This document shows, in pieces, positions 25,793 through 35,012 of a DNA stretch of 64,000 bases; positions within the stretch are counted from its first letter, which is position 1, and each line of letters starts with the position of its first letter. The translations under genes were made by a program, and so were the position numbers. The notes under the pieces were generated by a model that did no database searches, was not told the DNA's origin, and saw only the letters and a list, made by a program, of their open reading frames with translations. Source of the DNA: Candidatus Dormiibacterota bacterium (GTDB lineage: Bacteria; Chloroflexota; Dormibacteria; Dormibacterales; Dormibacteraceae); NCBI GenBank assembly GCA_036844615.1, contig DAIUFK010000001.1, forward strand, positions 9,694-73,693. The letters are read 5' to 3'.

Positions 25793-27330
25793 ACGCGCAA
25801 ACGCCTGACGCTCTCGCCGTCGACATGAGGGCCATCACCAAGGCCTGGCCGGGTGTGGTCGCCAACGATCATGTCGACTTCTCGGTACGCGCCGGCGAGA
25901 TCCACGCCCTCGTGGGCGAGAACGGCGCCGGCAAGAGCACCTTGATGAACATCCTGTATGGATTGATCAACGCGGACTCGGGCGAAATCCTGATCAATGG
26001 CAGGCCCGCCCGAATCGGCGGACCGCGCGACGCGATTGCGCAGGGGATCGGGATGGTGCACCAGCACTTCATGCTCATCCCTGTCTTCACGGTGGGGGAG
26101 AACGTGATGCTCGGCCGTGAACCTGTGGCGGCCGGCGGCTTCTATGACCATGGTAAGGCGAGGCAGGAGATCGCCGAGCTCACGCGACGTTACGGCCTCG
26201 CCCTCGACCCCGATGCGCGGACTGGCGACCTGCCGGTAGGCCTCCAGCAGCGAGCCGAGATCGTCAAAGTCCTGTACCGCGGCGCCAAGATCCTCATCCT
26301 CGATGAACCGACCGGGGTGCTGACGCCTCAGGAGACGACTGAGCTGTTCGTAGTCCTCCGGGGCCTGGTCAAAGAGGGCAGGACGATCATCTTCATCAGC
26401 CACAAGCTGCGCGAGGTGCTTCAGATCTCTGACCGCATCACAGTGATGAGGCGAGGGAAGGTGGTCGGCCACCTCGTCACCAAAGAGACGAACGAGCAGG
26501 AGATCGCTACCCACATGGTCGGGCGGGAGGTCCTGCTTCGAGTGGACAAGAAGCCGGCGACGCCGGGACCAGTCACGTTTCGAGTCGAAGACCTGACAGC
26601 CGTCTCCGATCGTGGAGTACCTGCGCTTCGAGGCATATCCTTCGAGCTCCATCAGGGAGAGATCCTCGGCATCGCAGGGGTGGAGGGCAACGGCCAGAGC
26701 GAGCTTGTCGAGGTCCTGGCGGGGACACGACGCGCTTCTGGCGGGCGGGTCCTCCTCGGAGACCGGGACGTGACTGCCGCCAATGCTCGTGAGGAGCGGG
26801 AGCTTGGCGTGGGCCACATTCCGGAGGATCGCCGGAGCGTCGGCCTCGTCCTGCACTACACAGTCGCCGAAAACCTGGTGCTCGGCCGCCAGCGCTCGCC
26901 CGCGTTTTCCTGGCGAGGGATGCTGTTGCGACTTCGCGCGATACTCGATTGGGCAAGGCGGCTGGTCAAGGAATTCGACATTCGCACCCCGAGCATCGAG
27001 ACAGCGGCGAGCGCGCTGTCTGGCGGCAACCAGCAGAAGATCGTTGTCGCTCGCGAGATGGGCACCCGGCCCAGCGTGCTGCTTGCGTCCCAGCCGACGC
27101 GAGGGGTCGACATCGGCGCCATCGAGTTCATCCATCGGCGCCTGGTCGCTCAGCGGGATGAGGGCACAGCGGTCCTTCTCGTCTCGGCCGAGCTGGAGGA
27201 GATCACGTCGCTGTCCGATCGCATTGCGGTTCTCTACGAGGGCCGGATAGTGAGCATCGAGCCGGCCAACACCCCTGAGGAGCGCCTCGGCCTTCTCATG
27301 ACAGGTGGCGGCAGCGCCGCGCGTGCCTAG
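25789..27330 (+). CDS. tandem-domain ABC transporter ATP-binding protein
   Basis: Start [13 protein letters not shown]. Two ATPase halves: GENGAGKST ... ILILDEP, and LSGGNQQK ... [11 protein letters not shown]. The track ORF start at 25588 is overextended. Confidence 0.9.
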   Translation: MNAQTPDALAVDMRAITKAWPGVVANDHVDFSVRAGEIHALVGENGAGKSTLMNILYGLINADSGEILINGRPARIGGPRDAIAQGIGMVHQHFMLIPVFTVGENVMLGREPVAAGGFYDHGKARQEIAELTRRYGLALDPDARTGDLPVGLQQRAEIVKVLYRGAKILILDEPTGVLTPQETTELFVVLRGLVKEGRTIIFISHKLREVLQISDRITVMRRGKVVGHLVTKETNEQEIATHMVGREVLLRVDKKPATPGPVTFRVEDLTAVSDRGVPALRGISFELHQGEILGIAGVEGNGQSELVEVLAGTRRASGGRVLLGDRDVTAANAREERELGVGHIPEDRRSVGLVLHYTVAENLVLGRQRSPAFSWRGMLLRLRAILDWARRLVKEFDIRTPSIETAASALSGGNQQKIVVAREMGTRPSVLLASQPTRGVDIGAIEFIHRRLVAQRDEGTAVLLVSAELEEITSLSDRIAVLYEGRIVSIEPANTPEERLGLLMTGGGSAARA

Positions 27331-28031
27331 TCTCGGGCGAACGACTCCAGCAGCCGGCTCAGCTCGACGATCGTATCGAGGCGATGCCAGCCTTCCTGTG
27401 GCAGCGCTTCGTCCGGCACGTGCTCGTGGTGCCAGGTCACGTGATAGGGGATGTGCACCGCGCGCGCGCCAAGGGCGACCACAGGCACGACGTCCGACCG
27501 CAGCGAGTTGCCGACCATGAGGAACTCTTCCGCCTTGATGTCGCGCCGCTTCAACAGCGATCGGTATGAATCGACAGTCTTGTCGCTCAGGATCTCGACG
27601 CCTGAGAACATCTCCGCAAGGCCCGAGCGCGCCAGCTTGCTCTCCTGGTCGAACAGATCTCCCTTGGTGATGAGCAGCAGCGAATAGCGCGAGCTGAGCT
27701 CGAGCAGCATCTCCCTGACTCCGTCTAGGAGCTCAGTCGGCTCGGTGAGCATGCGTTTCCCCCAGCCGAGAATCACCTGGAGGTCTGTCGCCGGGATCCG
27801 TCCCTCGGTGAGCTGGATCGCAGTCTCGAGCATGGAAAGCGTGAAGGCCTTGACCCCGTATCCATAGAGGCTGAGGTTGCGCATCTCGACCTCGAAGAGG
27901 TGGTTGTCGACGTCGGCATCGGGGACGTGGCGGCGCACCAGGTCGCGCAGCGAGGTTTGGGTGAGGTGAAAACGCGACTCGTTGTGCCACAGCGTGTCGT
28001 CGCCGTCGAACGCCAGCACCCTTATCGCCAA
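27327..28031 (-). CDS. HAD-superfamily hydrolase
   Basis: Motif I LAFDGDDTLW, then LLLITKGD and MVGNSLRSD. Confidence 0.8.
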   Translation of the reverse strand: MAIRVLAFDGDDTLWHNESRFHLTQTSLRDLVRRHVPDADVDNHLFEVEMRNLSLYGYGVKAFTLSMLETAIQLTEGRIPATDLQVILGWGKRMLTEPTELLDGVREMLLELSSRYSLLLITKGDLFDQESKLARSGLAEMFSGVEILSDKTVDSYRSLLKRRDIKAEEFLMVGNSLRSDVVPVVALGARAVHIPYHVTWHHEHVPDEALPQEGWHRLDTIVELSRLLESFARD

Positions 28032-28177
28032 TCTCGCTCGATGATAGGGAATTGGGTCCGGCCTGAAGCCGGAGCGAACACTGCCGGGTGGGGGAGCCGG
28101 CGCTCACCATTACCGGTCACCATGTTTCGGTGGTTCAGGCAGTTGAGGTTCCGCCACTAGGACAGACAGGCGGTCGC

Positions 28178-29296
28178 GTGATCTTGCCAAAGACCGCGCT
28201 GGCCGCGATCGCCGCCTGCTTCCTGCTCATAGGCGCACTGGCAGGCGCCTACGGCCCTCTGCTCGAACACCTCGTGCGGCGTTTCGGTATCAGCCTGCCC
28301 GTCGCCGGCGAGGTGTTCAGCGCTCACTTCGCCGGCGCCCTGGTCGGCGTGTTCGTGTCCATGTGGGCAGTGGAGCGCGTCTCCGGCCGACTTTCGATCT
28401 GGGTGTCCCTGGGATCTCTAGGCGTGGGCTGCGCCGGAGTGGCGCTGGCTCCGACGTGGCCCGCATTTCTCGCGGCGGCGTTCGTGGTCGGCCTCGGCTT
28501 CGGCGGCCTGGACCTTGGCCTGAACCTGCTCGTCGCTCACAGCGCGGGCCGCGGGAGGTCGGCCCAGCTGAACGCTCTTAACGGTGCTTACGGCTTCGGC
28601 GCCGTTGCCGGGCCCCTACTCATCTCGAGACTCGGCCAGGACCATCTCGCCGTGCTCTATGGCGGGGCGGCATTTCTTGCCGTCGCGCTCGTCCCCGCCG
28701 CCGCAGGCATCTCCGGACGCTTGCCGGTCACGCCACGCGACGCCGCAAGGCCTCGTGGAGGCGGTGCGCTCGTGCTCATCTTCCTTGTCGCGTTCGCTTT
28801 CTATGTCGGCACCGAGACCGGCGTCGGCGGCTGGATGACCTCGCACCTCGAATCGGCAGGCTTCGGGTCTGTCGACGCTGCCTCGCTCACATCGGGCTTC
28901 TGGCTGGCGATGGCGATAGGCAGGGTGCTGGCGGCGTTCATCCCGGAAAGAGTGCCCCCGCCGACTGTCGTCATCTCGGGCTCGGCGGTGGGTGCAATCG
29001 CGCTTCTCGTGGCGCTGAGCGGCCACGCCGCTCCGATCGCATACATCGTCGCCGGGTTGGCGATCGCACCAATCTTCCCGACCGCGATTGTCTGGCTTGC
29101 GAAGCTGAGACCTGGCGATTCCCGCTCGACTTCCTGGCTGTTCCCGGCGACAATGGTCGGCGGTGGGATCATCCCGCCAGCCATCGGAGTGGCGATCGGT
29201 GTGGTCGGTATCGCTTGGGCGCCTGCAGTCCTGTCGGCGGTTGCGATCATGACCCTGGCTGCATTCGTGCTTGCCGGACTCCAGGGCCGGGAATAG
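28178..29296 (+). CDS. MFS transporter
   Basis: About 12 hydrophobic segments. Start uncertain: GTG at 28178 just before TM1, or GTG at 28088 as in the track. Confidence 0.8.
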   Translation: MILPKTALAAIAACFLLIGALAGAYGPLLEHLVRRFGISLPVAGEVFSAHFAGALVGVFVSMWAVERVSGRLSIWVSLGSLGVGCAGVALAPTWPAFLAAAFVVGLGFGGLDLGLNLLVAHSAGRGRSAQLNALNGAYGFGAVAGPLLISRLGQDHLAVLYGGAAFLAVALVPAAAGISGRLPVTPRDAARPRGGGALVLIFLVAFAFYVGTETGVGGWMTSHLESAGFGSVDAASLTSGFWLAMAIGRVLAAFIPERVPPPTVVISGSAVGAIALLVALSGHAAPIAYIVAGLAIAPIFPTAIVWLAKLRPGDSRSTSWLFPATMVGGGIIPPAIGVAIGVVGIAWAPAVLSAVAIMTLAAFVLAGLQGRE

Positions 29297-29303
29297 CGAG
29301 GCT

Positions 29304-29825
29304 GTGCGCCGGCTTCTTGATTACGTGAGCCAGACCACACAGCGAACCATCCACGACATCGAGCTCCCCACGCTGAGTGGAAAGCCCGAAAGCCTGGCCG
29401 CATACGCGGGCAAGGTGATCCTCGCAGTCAACGTCGCATCGAAGTGCGGTCTGACGCCTCAGTACACAGGCCTTCAGGCCCTCCAGGACAAATACTCGGC
29501 GAGAGGCTTCACTGTGCTCGGGTTTCCCTCCAACCAGTTCTTCAACCAGGAGCCCGGAAACGCTGACCAGATCCAGTCCTTCTGCAGCGTCAACTACGGG
29601 GTGACGTTTCCACTGTTCGCAAAGCTCGATGTGAAGGGCTCAAAGCAGCATCCGCTGTACGCGATCCTCAGCGACTTTCCTGACGACGCCGGCAAGGCCG
29701 GCAACGTGACCTGGAACTTCGAGAAGTTCCTTGTCGGCAGGGATGGGCGCGTCGTCCGGCGCTTCAGGCCCAAGGTGGTGCCCGAGGACCAAAGAGTCGT
29801 GGAAGCGATCGAGTCACTGCTCTAG
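29304..29825 (+). CDS. glutathione peroxidase family protein (Cys type)
   Basis: GKVILAVNVASKCGLTPQY with a TGC codon at 29445..29447, plus GFPSNQF and WNFEKFLV. Start uncertain (29271, 29304 or 29325). Confidence 0.85.
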   Translation: MRRLLDYVSQTTQRTIHDIELPTLSGKPESLAAYAGKVILAVNVASKCGLTPQYTGLQALQDKYSARGFTVLGFPSNQFFNQEPGNADQIQSFCSVNYGVTFPLFAKLDVKGSKQHPLYAILSDFPDDAGKAGNVTWNFEKFLVGRDGRVVRRFRPKVVPEDQRVVEAIESLL

Positions 29826-29838
29826 CATCTTCCGGAGG

Positions 29839-30423
29839 ATGAGCGTCCCCGGAATCCGGCTCGAGTCGATACGGCGCAAGAGCGGAGGGCGCATTCACCT
29901 CACCCCGCGAGTGCCGAAGAGCGGCCCGGTCACCACCCTGTGCGGACAGATCCTTGCGGCGGGCTCCTATGCGGGCGTCGACTCTGACGCCGACTGCGCC
30001 AACTGCATACGCCGTTCGCGTGACGCGAGCCGCATCTCCTCGGCCTTCTTCGAACAGGAGGAGGGCTCTGAGCTCTTGCGGCTCTCGCTGGAGCAGGCGC
30101 GCTTCCGAAAGCCGGCGCCGCGACCGACGAGCCCGCCGGCCAAACCGGTCAGCCGGCCCACCGTGGTGCAGCCCGCCGCCGTCCCGGAAAGGGCCGGCGA
30201 GCTGCTTACCGCCGGGTTCAAGGCAGCGGGCAACGGAGTGTGGCGAAGCGCCGGAGGGGTCGTCGTACGGATGGCAGGCAAAGGGCGGGAGCAGTTTGCC
30301 GAGCTCGTCTACGAAGGCTCCATCGTTGCCACGCGTCTCGAGGATGGAATGAGACTTCGCGCGGGCGATGTCGAGGTCACGTTCGCCGACGGCGAGGTTC
30401 AGGTTCGGGTGAAGCGACCCTGA
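29839..30423 (+). CDS. hypothetical protein (Cys-x...-CANC N-terminus, Pro-rich linker, beta-rich C-terminus)
   Basis: Start taken at MSVPGIRLESI, since the track start overlaps gpx. No family recognised. Confidence 0.4.
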   Translation: MSVPGIRLESIRRKSGGRIHLTPRVPKSGPVTTLCGQILAAGSYAGVDSDADCANCIRRSRDASRISSAFFEQEEGSELLRLSLEQARFRKPAPRPTSPPAKPVSRPTVVQPAAVPERAGELLTAGFKAAGNGVWRSAGGVVVRMAGKGREQFAELVYEGSIVATRLEDGMRLRAGDVEVTFADGEVQVRVKRP

Positions 30424-30838
30424 CGTGACATACGGCCGGAGGGCCGGCCGAGAGATTTGGAGATCCAGGGGCCGCTCCCACGGCTTCGCCATGGGGACCC
30501 CAGTGGAAGGGGTGGCCCGGCTAGGAGCGCGTTCCTTATGGGGTCCCCGCGTCGTGGTCGCGGGGGCAGCGACGACGGGTCGGGCCCCCTAACGCCCGGA
30601 TCGGGCCGCATGGGCTCCAAAGATCCGGCTGGCATCTCCGGCCGCATGTCAGGGCGGTGTACGGTTGGGGCATGCGCAGACGCAAGCCAAAGACAACCGA
30701 AACGCAGCCGACCGCGAAACCGAAGACCAGCGATCAAGCGCCAGGTGAAGAGGTGGTCCAGGTCAACGACCAGTACGCAGGCGGCGGCCCTGCACCCGAG
30801 GTGGAACCGTCGGAGCACGCGCAGCACCCGACCGGCGG

Positions 30839-31963
30839 TTAGGTAGCCGCGCTCACAACTCTGACGTCCTTTCGCCGGGCATCCGCCGCGAGGAAGTCCA
30901 GGAGAGCAGAACCCTCGGCGGCGACCGCTGCAGCGTCTTTTCTGGAGATGCGTTTCAGGGTCTCGACGACAAGGGTGGCTGCCCCAGCTTCGCGGGTGAG
31001 CTTCCAGAAACCACTCGCGAAGCCGTCGACGAGCACTGTCGGCCGGCCGACCAGTTTGCGATGCTCGTGCGCGAGGATGCGACTCCTATCGTCGTGACCT
31101 AAAAGCGCGTTGTCGTAGTCGGGGAGAAAACGCGGTGGCACCTCGATCTCGGGGTCGGGCAGGAGGCCGCGAGGAACGTCGAAAAGCTCCCTTCCCTTGT
31201 CGTCGCGAAAGGTGCGCAGTCGCGGCCGCAGTCGCTCGGTCACCTCACGCACCTTGACCAACCCCGACCATGACTGGATGTCTGCCACCGTCGCCGGACC
31301 AAACGACGCGAGGTACCGCATGACCATCGCGTCAGGCGACGGCCCTGTCTCGAATGACCTGCCGAGCCAGGCTTCGCAGGTCGTGAAGGTGGGGAGACCG
31401 CGTCCTGCCCACAGGCCGCGTGGCGGTATCTGCACCATCGGCACCAGGTAATGGACGGCGTAGGCAAGTGAATCGGCGTCATAGTCGGGCCACCACTGGG
31501 TCAGCAGCTTGCGCAGCTCCGCGGTTGTAATCGGCTTTTCTTCCAGAGCCGCCCGACCGATGTCGAGTAAAGCTTTGATGTCAATGCCTTTGATCTGCCG
31601 CCCGAACGGGCTGCCCACGTAGAGGCCGCGCTCCAGGACGGGCTGCAACACCGGGCGCAGCGCAAGGCAGTCACGGTCGGTGACAAGGTGGATGGTGCAG
31701 CGCATCAATGACATGCGTACTGCACGCCGCGAGCTGATGAGCCGGCTGAGCTCATCAGGGCGGAAGCCTTCCAGGCGCGCCCACAACCCCGTGTACGGCG
31801 AGCTGGGCACCTGCGCTTGCATGCCGACCAGGCGCTCGATCGCGTTTGCTGCGGACATCTTTGCCCGCTTCAGCAACAGCTGACGCGCGAGCAGCGCGCG
31901 ATTGAGGGCGCGCTCTCCGAGAAGAGGCGCTTGACGGGACTTACGACCGATGATCAGGGGCAC
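30839..31963 (-). CDS. winged-helix DNA-binding domain protein, YcaQ/AlkZ-like (DUF1006) putative crosslink-repair glycosylase family
   Basis: LLARQLLL..., ERLVGMQAQ, LWARLEGF and RCTIHLVTDRD match the N-terminal signature remembered for this family. Confidence 0.75.
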   Translation of the reverse strand: MPLIIGRKSRQAPLLGERALNRALLARQLLLKRAKMSAANAIERLVGMQAQVPSSPYTGLWARLEGFRPDELSRLISSRRAVRMSLMRCTIHLVTDRDCLALRPVLQPVLERGLYVGSPFGRQIKGIDIKALLDIGRAALEEKPITTAELRKLLTQWWPDYDADSLAYAVHYLVPMVQIPPRGLWAGRGLPTFTTCEAWLGRSFETGPSPDAMVMRYLASFGPATVADIQSWSGLVKVREVTERLRPRLRTFRDDKGRELFDVPRGLLPDPEIEVPPRFLPDYDNALLGHDDRSRILAHEHRKLVGRPTVLVDGFASGFWKLTREAGAATLVVETLKRISRKDAAAVAAEGSALLDFLAADARRKDVRVVSAAT

Positions 31964-31974
31964 GGCCAGAGGAA

Positions 31975-32268
31975 TTAAAGAGCTTCGACGAACATCCCTG
32001 CGAGCACCGCCTCGCCCTCGTCTTGCGCGGTCATGGTCACGACAGACCCTTCAGTGACTTCGAAATCGATCCATGCGCAGCATTCGCGCTCGAGGTCGAT
32101 GAGCTCGATCAGAGCGGCGGCTGCGCCCGGAGAAGCGGTGAGACGAAGCCCACCCGCCACGATCTCGCGTTGCACCAGGCCGCTTCCCATCAGCTTTTTC
32201 CACGCACCCTCACGATCCTTAAGGTCGGATGCTGACAGCGTGCAGGCGATCGGCGGTGAGTCGGCCAT
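31975..32268 (-). CDS. conserved hypothetical small protein with CTL and ECC cysteine motifs
   Basis: MADSPPIACTLSASDLKDREGAWKKL...LERECCAWIDFEV. Start taken at the internal ATG; the upstream part of the track ORF is Arg-rich. Confidence 0.45.
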   Translation of the reverse strand: MADSPPIACTLSASDLKDREGAWKKLMGSGLVQREIVAGGLRLTASPGAAAALIELIDLERECCAWIDFEVTEGSVVTMTAQDEGEAVLAGMFVEAL

Positions 32269-32321
32269 CGCACATTGACAAACGCGCAGGTGGCTCGCGT
32301 ATTCCAGACTAAGGTTGCCTC

Positions 32322-32996
32322 GTGAACCCGGTCGCCGCGTCGTTCGCCTGGCCCTTTCGCGGCGATCGTCTGGCCAGATGGTTGGTTGGCATGGTGATGG
32401 TCGTGCTGCTGCCAATCGCTTTCATACCTCTGCTGGGGTATGCGGTGGCTGCCACGCGCGCGGCCTCAGCCGATCCATCAGCCGCGCCGCCGCGCTGGGA
32501 GCTCTCCGCGCGCCTGCTGAGCGACGGCGTCTGGGTTGCGCTCGCTGTGGTTCTCGTCACGGCGCCCTTCGTGCTGCTCGCGGGCCCTATCGCGACGCTT
32601 GTCGACAACGCTCACCTCTGGCGCGTAAGCGACCCGACGCTTTCGCACCTCTACTCAAGCCTTGCAGCCGGCTTCGCTCTTGCACTGCCTTGGGGGATCG
32701 TGCTGCTGCTCTTGATGCCGCATGCGACAGTCCGCTTTGCAGCCACAGGGCGCCCGCTCGACCTGTTCGATTTTCCGTCTGCACTTCGTGGTATCGGCAG
32801 CGATTTCGGAACGTGGAACCTTGCGGCAGCCGCGATCGTCACCGCGTGGGCGGTCGCGCTCGCATGCGTCGGACTGCTCTGCGTCGGCATCGTGCCAGGT
32901 GTTTTCTACGCCATCCTTGTCAGCGCACATGCCTGCGCCGCGCTCGACCATAGGAGCCGCCAAGGGACCCAGGTTGAAAGTCCAACCGCTAGGTGA
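32322..32996 (+). CDS. DUF4013-like integral membrane protein
   Basis: FAWPFRGDRLARWLVGMVMVVLLPIAFIPLLGYAV...PPRW, then further TM segments. GTG start. Confidence 0.6.
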   Translation: MNPVAASFAWPFRGDRLARWLVGMVMVVLLPIAFIPLLGYAVAATRAASADPSAAPPRWELSARLLSDGVWVALAVVLVTAPFVLLAGPIATLVDNAHLWRVSDPTLSHLYSSLAAGFALALPWGIVLLLLMPHATVRFAATGRPLDLFDFPSALRGIGSDFGTWNLAAAAIVTAWAVALACVGLLCVGIVPGVFYAILVSAHACAALDHRSRQGTQVESPTAR

Positions 32997-33600
32997 CAGC
33001 GCGCTGCTGGCTGAGCTCGGCACGCGACTCGATACCGCTCTGAACACACGCGCCATCGCGCTGGCAGCCGCGCTGAAAAAGCGGCGCGACGTGCGGCAAG
33101 CCCTGGCGGGCTATGCAAGCGTGACAGTGCAGTTCGATCCCGACCAGGCGACTCATGCCTCGCTGGCTGCGGCGATCAAGAGGCTCGCCGTCAAGCGCCC
33201 GCCGATGGCTGAGCCCGGAAGGCTGCACCGCATCCCTGTGACCTATGACGGCCCTGACATGGTGGAGGTCGCCGACCGGCTCAAGCTCTCACGCGAGGAG
33301 ATCATCGAGCTCCACACACGGCCTATCTACCGCGTCTTCCTGGTGGGCTTCGTGCCCGGATGGGCTTACCTCGGTCCCTTGCCGGAGGAGCTCGAGCTGC
33401 CCAGGCGCCATGTGCCGCGAACGCAGGTGCCCGCGGGGTCGGTGGCCATCGCCGGCAGGCAGTCAGGAATTTACCCGCTGCCCACGCCAGGCGGCTGGCA
33501 CCTGATCGGCCGCACCCCCGTGAAGCTCTTCCTTCCGGACTCAGACCCGCCTTGCCTGTTCCGCGCCGGAGACCGCGTCAAGTTCTTCGCGACGCGTTGA
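32974..33600 (+). CDS. pxpB: 5-oxoprolinase subunit B (PxpB; KipI/allophanate hydrolase subunit 1 family)
   Basis: LKVQPLGDSALLAEL..., YRVFLVGFVPGWAYLG and IAGRQSGIYPLPTPGGWHLIG. Start is TTG at 32974, or ATG at 32929. Confidence 0.85.
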   Translation: MKVQPLGDSALLAELGTRLDTALNTRAIALAAALKKRRDVRQALAGYASVTVQFDPDQATHASLAAAIKRLAVKRPPMAEPGRLHRIPVTYDGPDMVEVADRLKLSREEIIELHTRPIYRVFLVGFVPGWAYLGPLPEELELPRRHVPRTQVPAGSVAIAGRQSGIYPLPTPGGWHLIGRTPVKLFLPDSDPPCLFRAGDRVKFFATR

Positions 33601-34532
33601 CCGCGGTCCTAAACGTCAGGGAACCAGGACTCTTCACGACGATCCAGGACCTCGGGCGCCCGAGCGCGGTCAGCGCCGGCGTGCAGCCAGGCGGCGCGAT
33701 GGATCGTTTCGCCCATGCTGCAGCGAACCTGCTGGTGGGCAACGACCCTGGTCACGCGACCCTGGAGTGCACGTTCAGCGGACCGCAGCTCATCGCTGAG
33801 CACGCATGTCTTATCGCCATCACCGGGGCGGACTTCGATCCCCACGTCAACGGCGCGCCGGTTCCCGCATGGACCAGCCTGTTCCTCGGCGCTGGCGCCA
33901 ACCTCACCTTCGGCGCCAGGCGATCGGGTGCGCGGACTTACATCGCAGTGGCAGGTGGAATCGAGGCCGACCGCTGGCTTGGATCGATGTCCACCAACGT
34001 GATGGCGGCGCGCGGAGGCAAGCACGGCAGGCAGCTCAGATCAGGCGACACCATCTCGGTCGCAGGCGAGCCGAGAAAGCCTGCAGTGTCAGGCCGGCGG
34101 CTGCCTGAAGCGCTCCTTCCCGCGTACGGCGACCACACGCTTCAGGCGATCGCCGGCCCCCACGTCAAGCGCCTTTCCCTTGAGGGTCGCAGGCTGCTCT
34201 TCGGCGCGCCCTACAGGCTCAGCCGAGACGCCGACAGAATGGGCTACAGGCTCGAAGGGCCGCACCTCGGCATGTCAGGCGAGGAGCTGTTGTCGTTCGG
34301 CCTTGTGCAGGGAGCGGTCCAGGTGCCGCAGAGCGGCCAGCCGATCCTGCTGATGGCGGACCACCAGACCGCCGGCGGGTACCCCGTTGTCGCTACTGTC
34401 GTCAGCGCGTCGCTGCCAGTCGCCGCCCAGCTGCTGCCCGGCGACGAGCTGCGTTTTGCCGAAGCCACCATCGAACGCGCGAACGCCATGCGCAAGGCTC
34501 TCGAGGCGGCTCTCAGCTCGCTGCGGCTATGA
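33597..34532 (+). CDS. pxpC: 5-oxoprolinase subunit C (PxpC; KipA/allophanate hydrolase subunit 2 family)
   Basis: GLFTTIQDLGR, RMGYRLEG and LMADHQTAGGYP. The TTG start overlaps the pxpB stop (TTGA). Confidence 0.85.
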   Translation: MTAVLNVREPGLFTTIQDLGRPSAVSAGVQPGGAMDRFAHAAANLLVGNDPGHATLECTFSGPQLIAEHACLIAITGADFDPHVNGAPVPAWTSLFLGAGANLTFGARRSGARTYIAVAGGIEADRWLGSMSTNVMAARGGKHGRQLRSGDTISVAGEPRKPAVSGRRLPEALLPAYGDHTLQAIAGPHVKRLSLEGRRLLFGAPYRLSRDADRMGYRLEGPHLGMSGEELLSFGLVQGAVQVPQSGQPILLMADHQTAGGYPVVATVVSASLPVAAQLLPGDELRFAEATIERANAMRKALEAALSSLRL

Positions 34533-34998
34533 CTTTGCGCGCTTCATCGAGCACCAGGTCGTAGTCAGGCAGCGGCTGGTCTTTCGATCGCTCCCAAACC
34601 CACCGCACGGTGCCTGAGCTGTCGATCACGTAGACGACGCGCTTGGCCATTCCCGAGTAGCCCGCGACATCGTCGCGCCTCACTCCGTAATCGGTGACCA
34701 TGGTGCGCTCGAAATCCGCGATCAGCTCGAATGGCAGACCGCCAAGCTCCTTGGCGAAGGCCTCGTGGGAGAACACAGAATCCACGCTGATTCCATAGAT
34801 GCCGATTCCATCAGCCGCCGCCGCTTCATGCCTGGACCGAAACTCGGTCAGCTCTGACCTTCAACCACCTGTGAAATCGAGCACATAGAACAGGAACACC
34901 AGCGCCTTGTGCTTTTCGAGGGCCTCGGCGAGGGTGAGGTCGTGGCCTCCGGTGGTGGGAAGCTTGAACTCTGGCGCCTGGTCTCCAACCGACAGCAT
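34513..34998 (-). CDS. AhpE/BCP-type peroxiredoxin with in-frame TGA (34861..34863) at the peroxidatic Cys position; probable selenocysteine enzyme
   Basis: A single 162-codon frame runs from ATG 34998: MLSVGDQAPEFKLPTTGGHDLTLAEALEKHKALVFLFYVLDFTGG-TGA-RSELTEFR...ISVDSVFSHEAF... . The track reports only the part after the TGA (34513..34785). Confidence 0.6.
34832..34851 (-). promoter_or_regulatory. candidate bacterial SECIS hairpin
   Basis: The minus-strand RNA CUGACCG-AGUUU-CGGU(C)CAG starts 12 nt after the U of UGA. It has a 7-bp stem with one bulged C and an apical loop with GU about 20 nt from the UGA. Confidence 0.4.
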
Positions 34999-35012
34999 AA
35001 GAAGGAGTTTAC

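Noticed and set aside
29445-29447. Possible selenocysteine in the glutathione peroxidase
   Set aside because: The active-site codon is TGC (VASKCG), so this is an ordinary Cys-type Gpx.
30657-30842. 61-aa ORF (MYGWGMRRRKPKTTETQPTAKPK...) as a real gene
   Set aside because: It is low-complexity, has no clear ribosome-binding site, and its 3' end overlaps the convergent gene. It is kept only as a possibility within the finding on the 30424..30838 gap.
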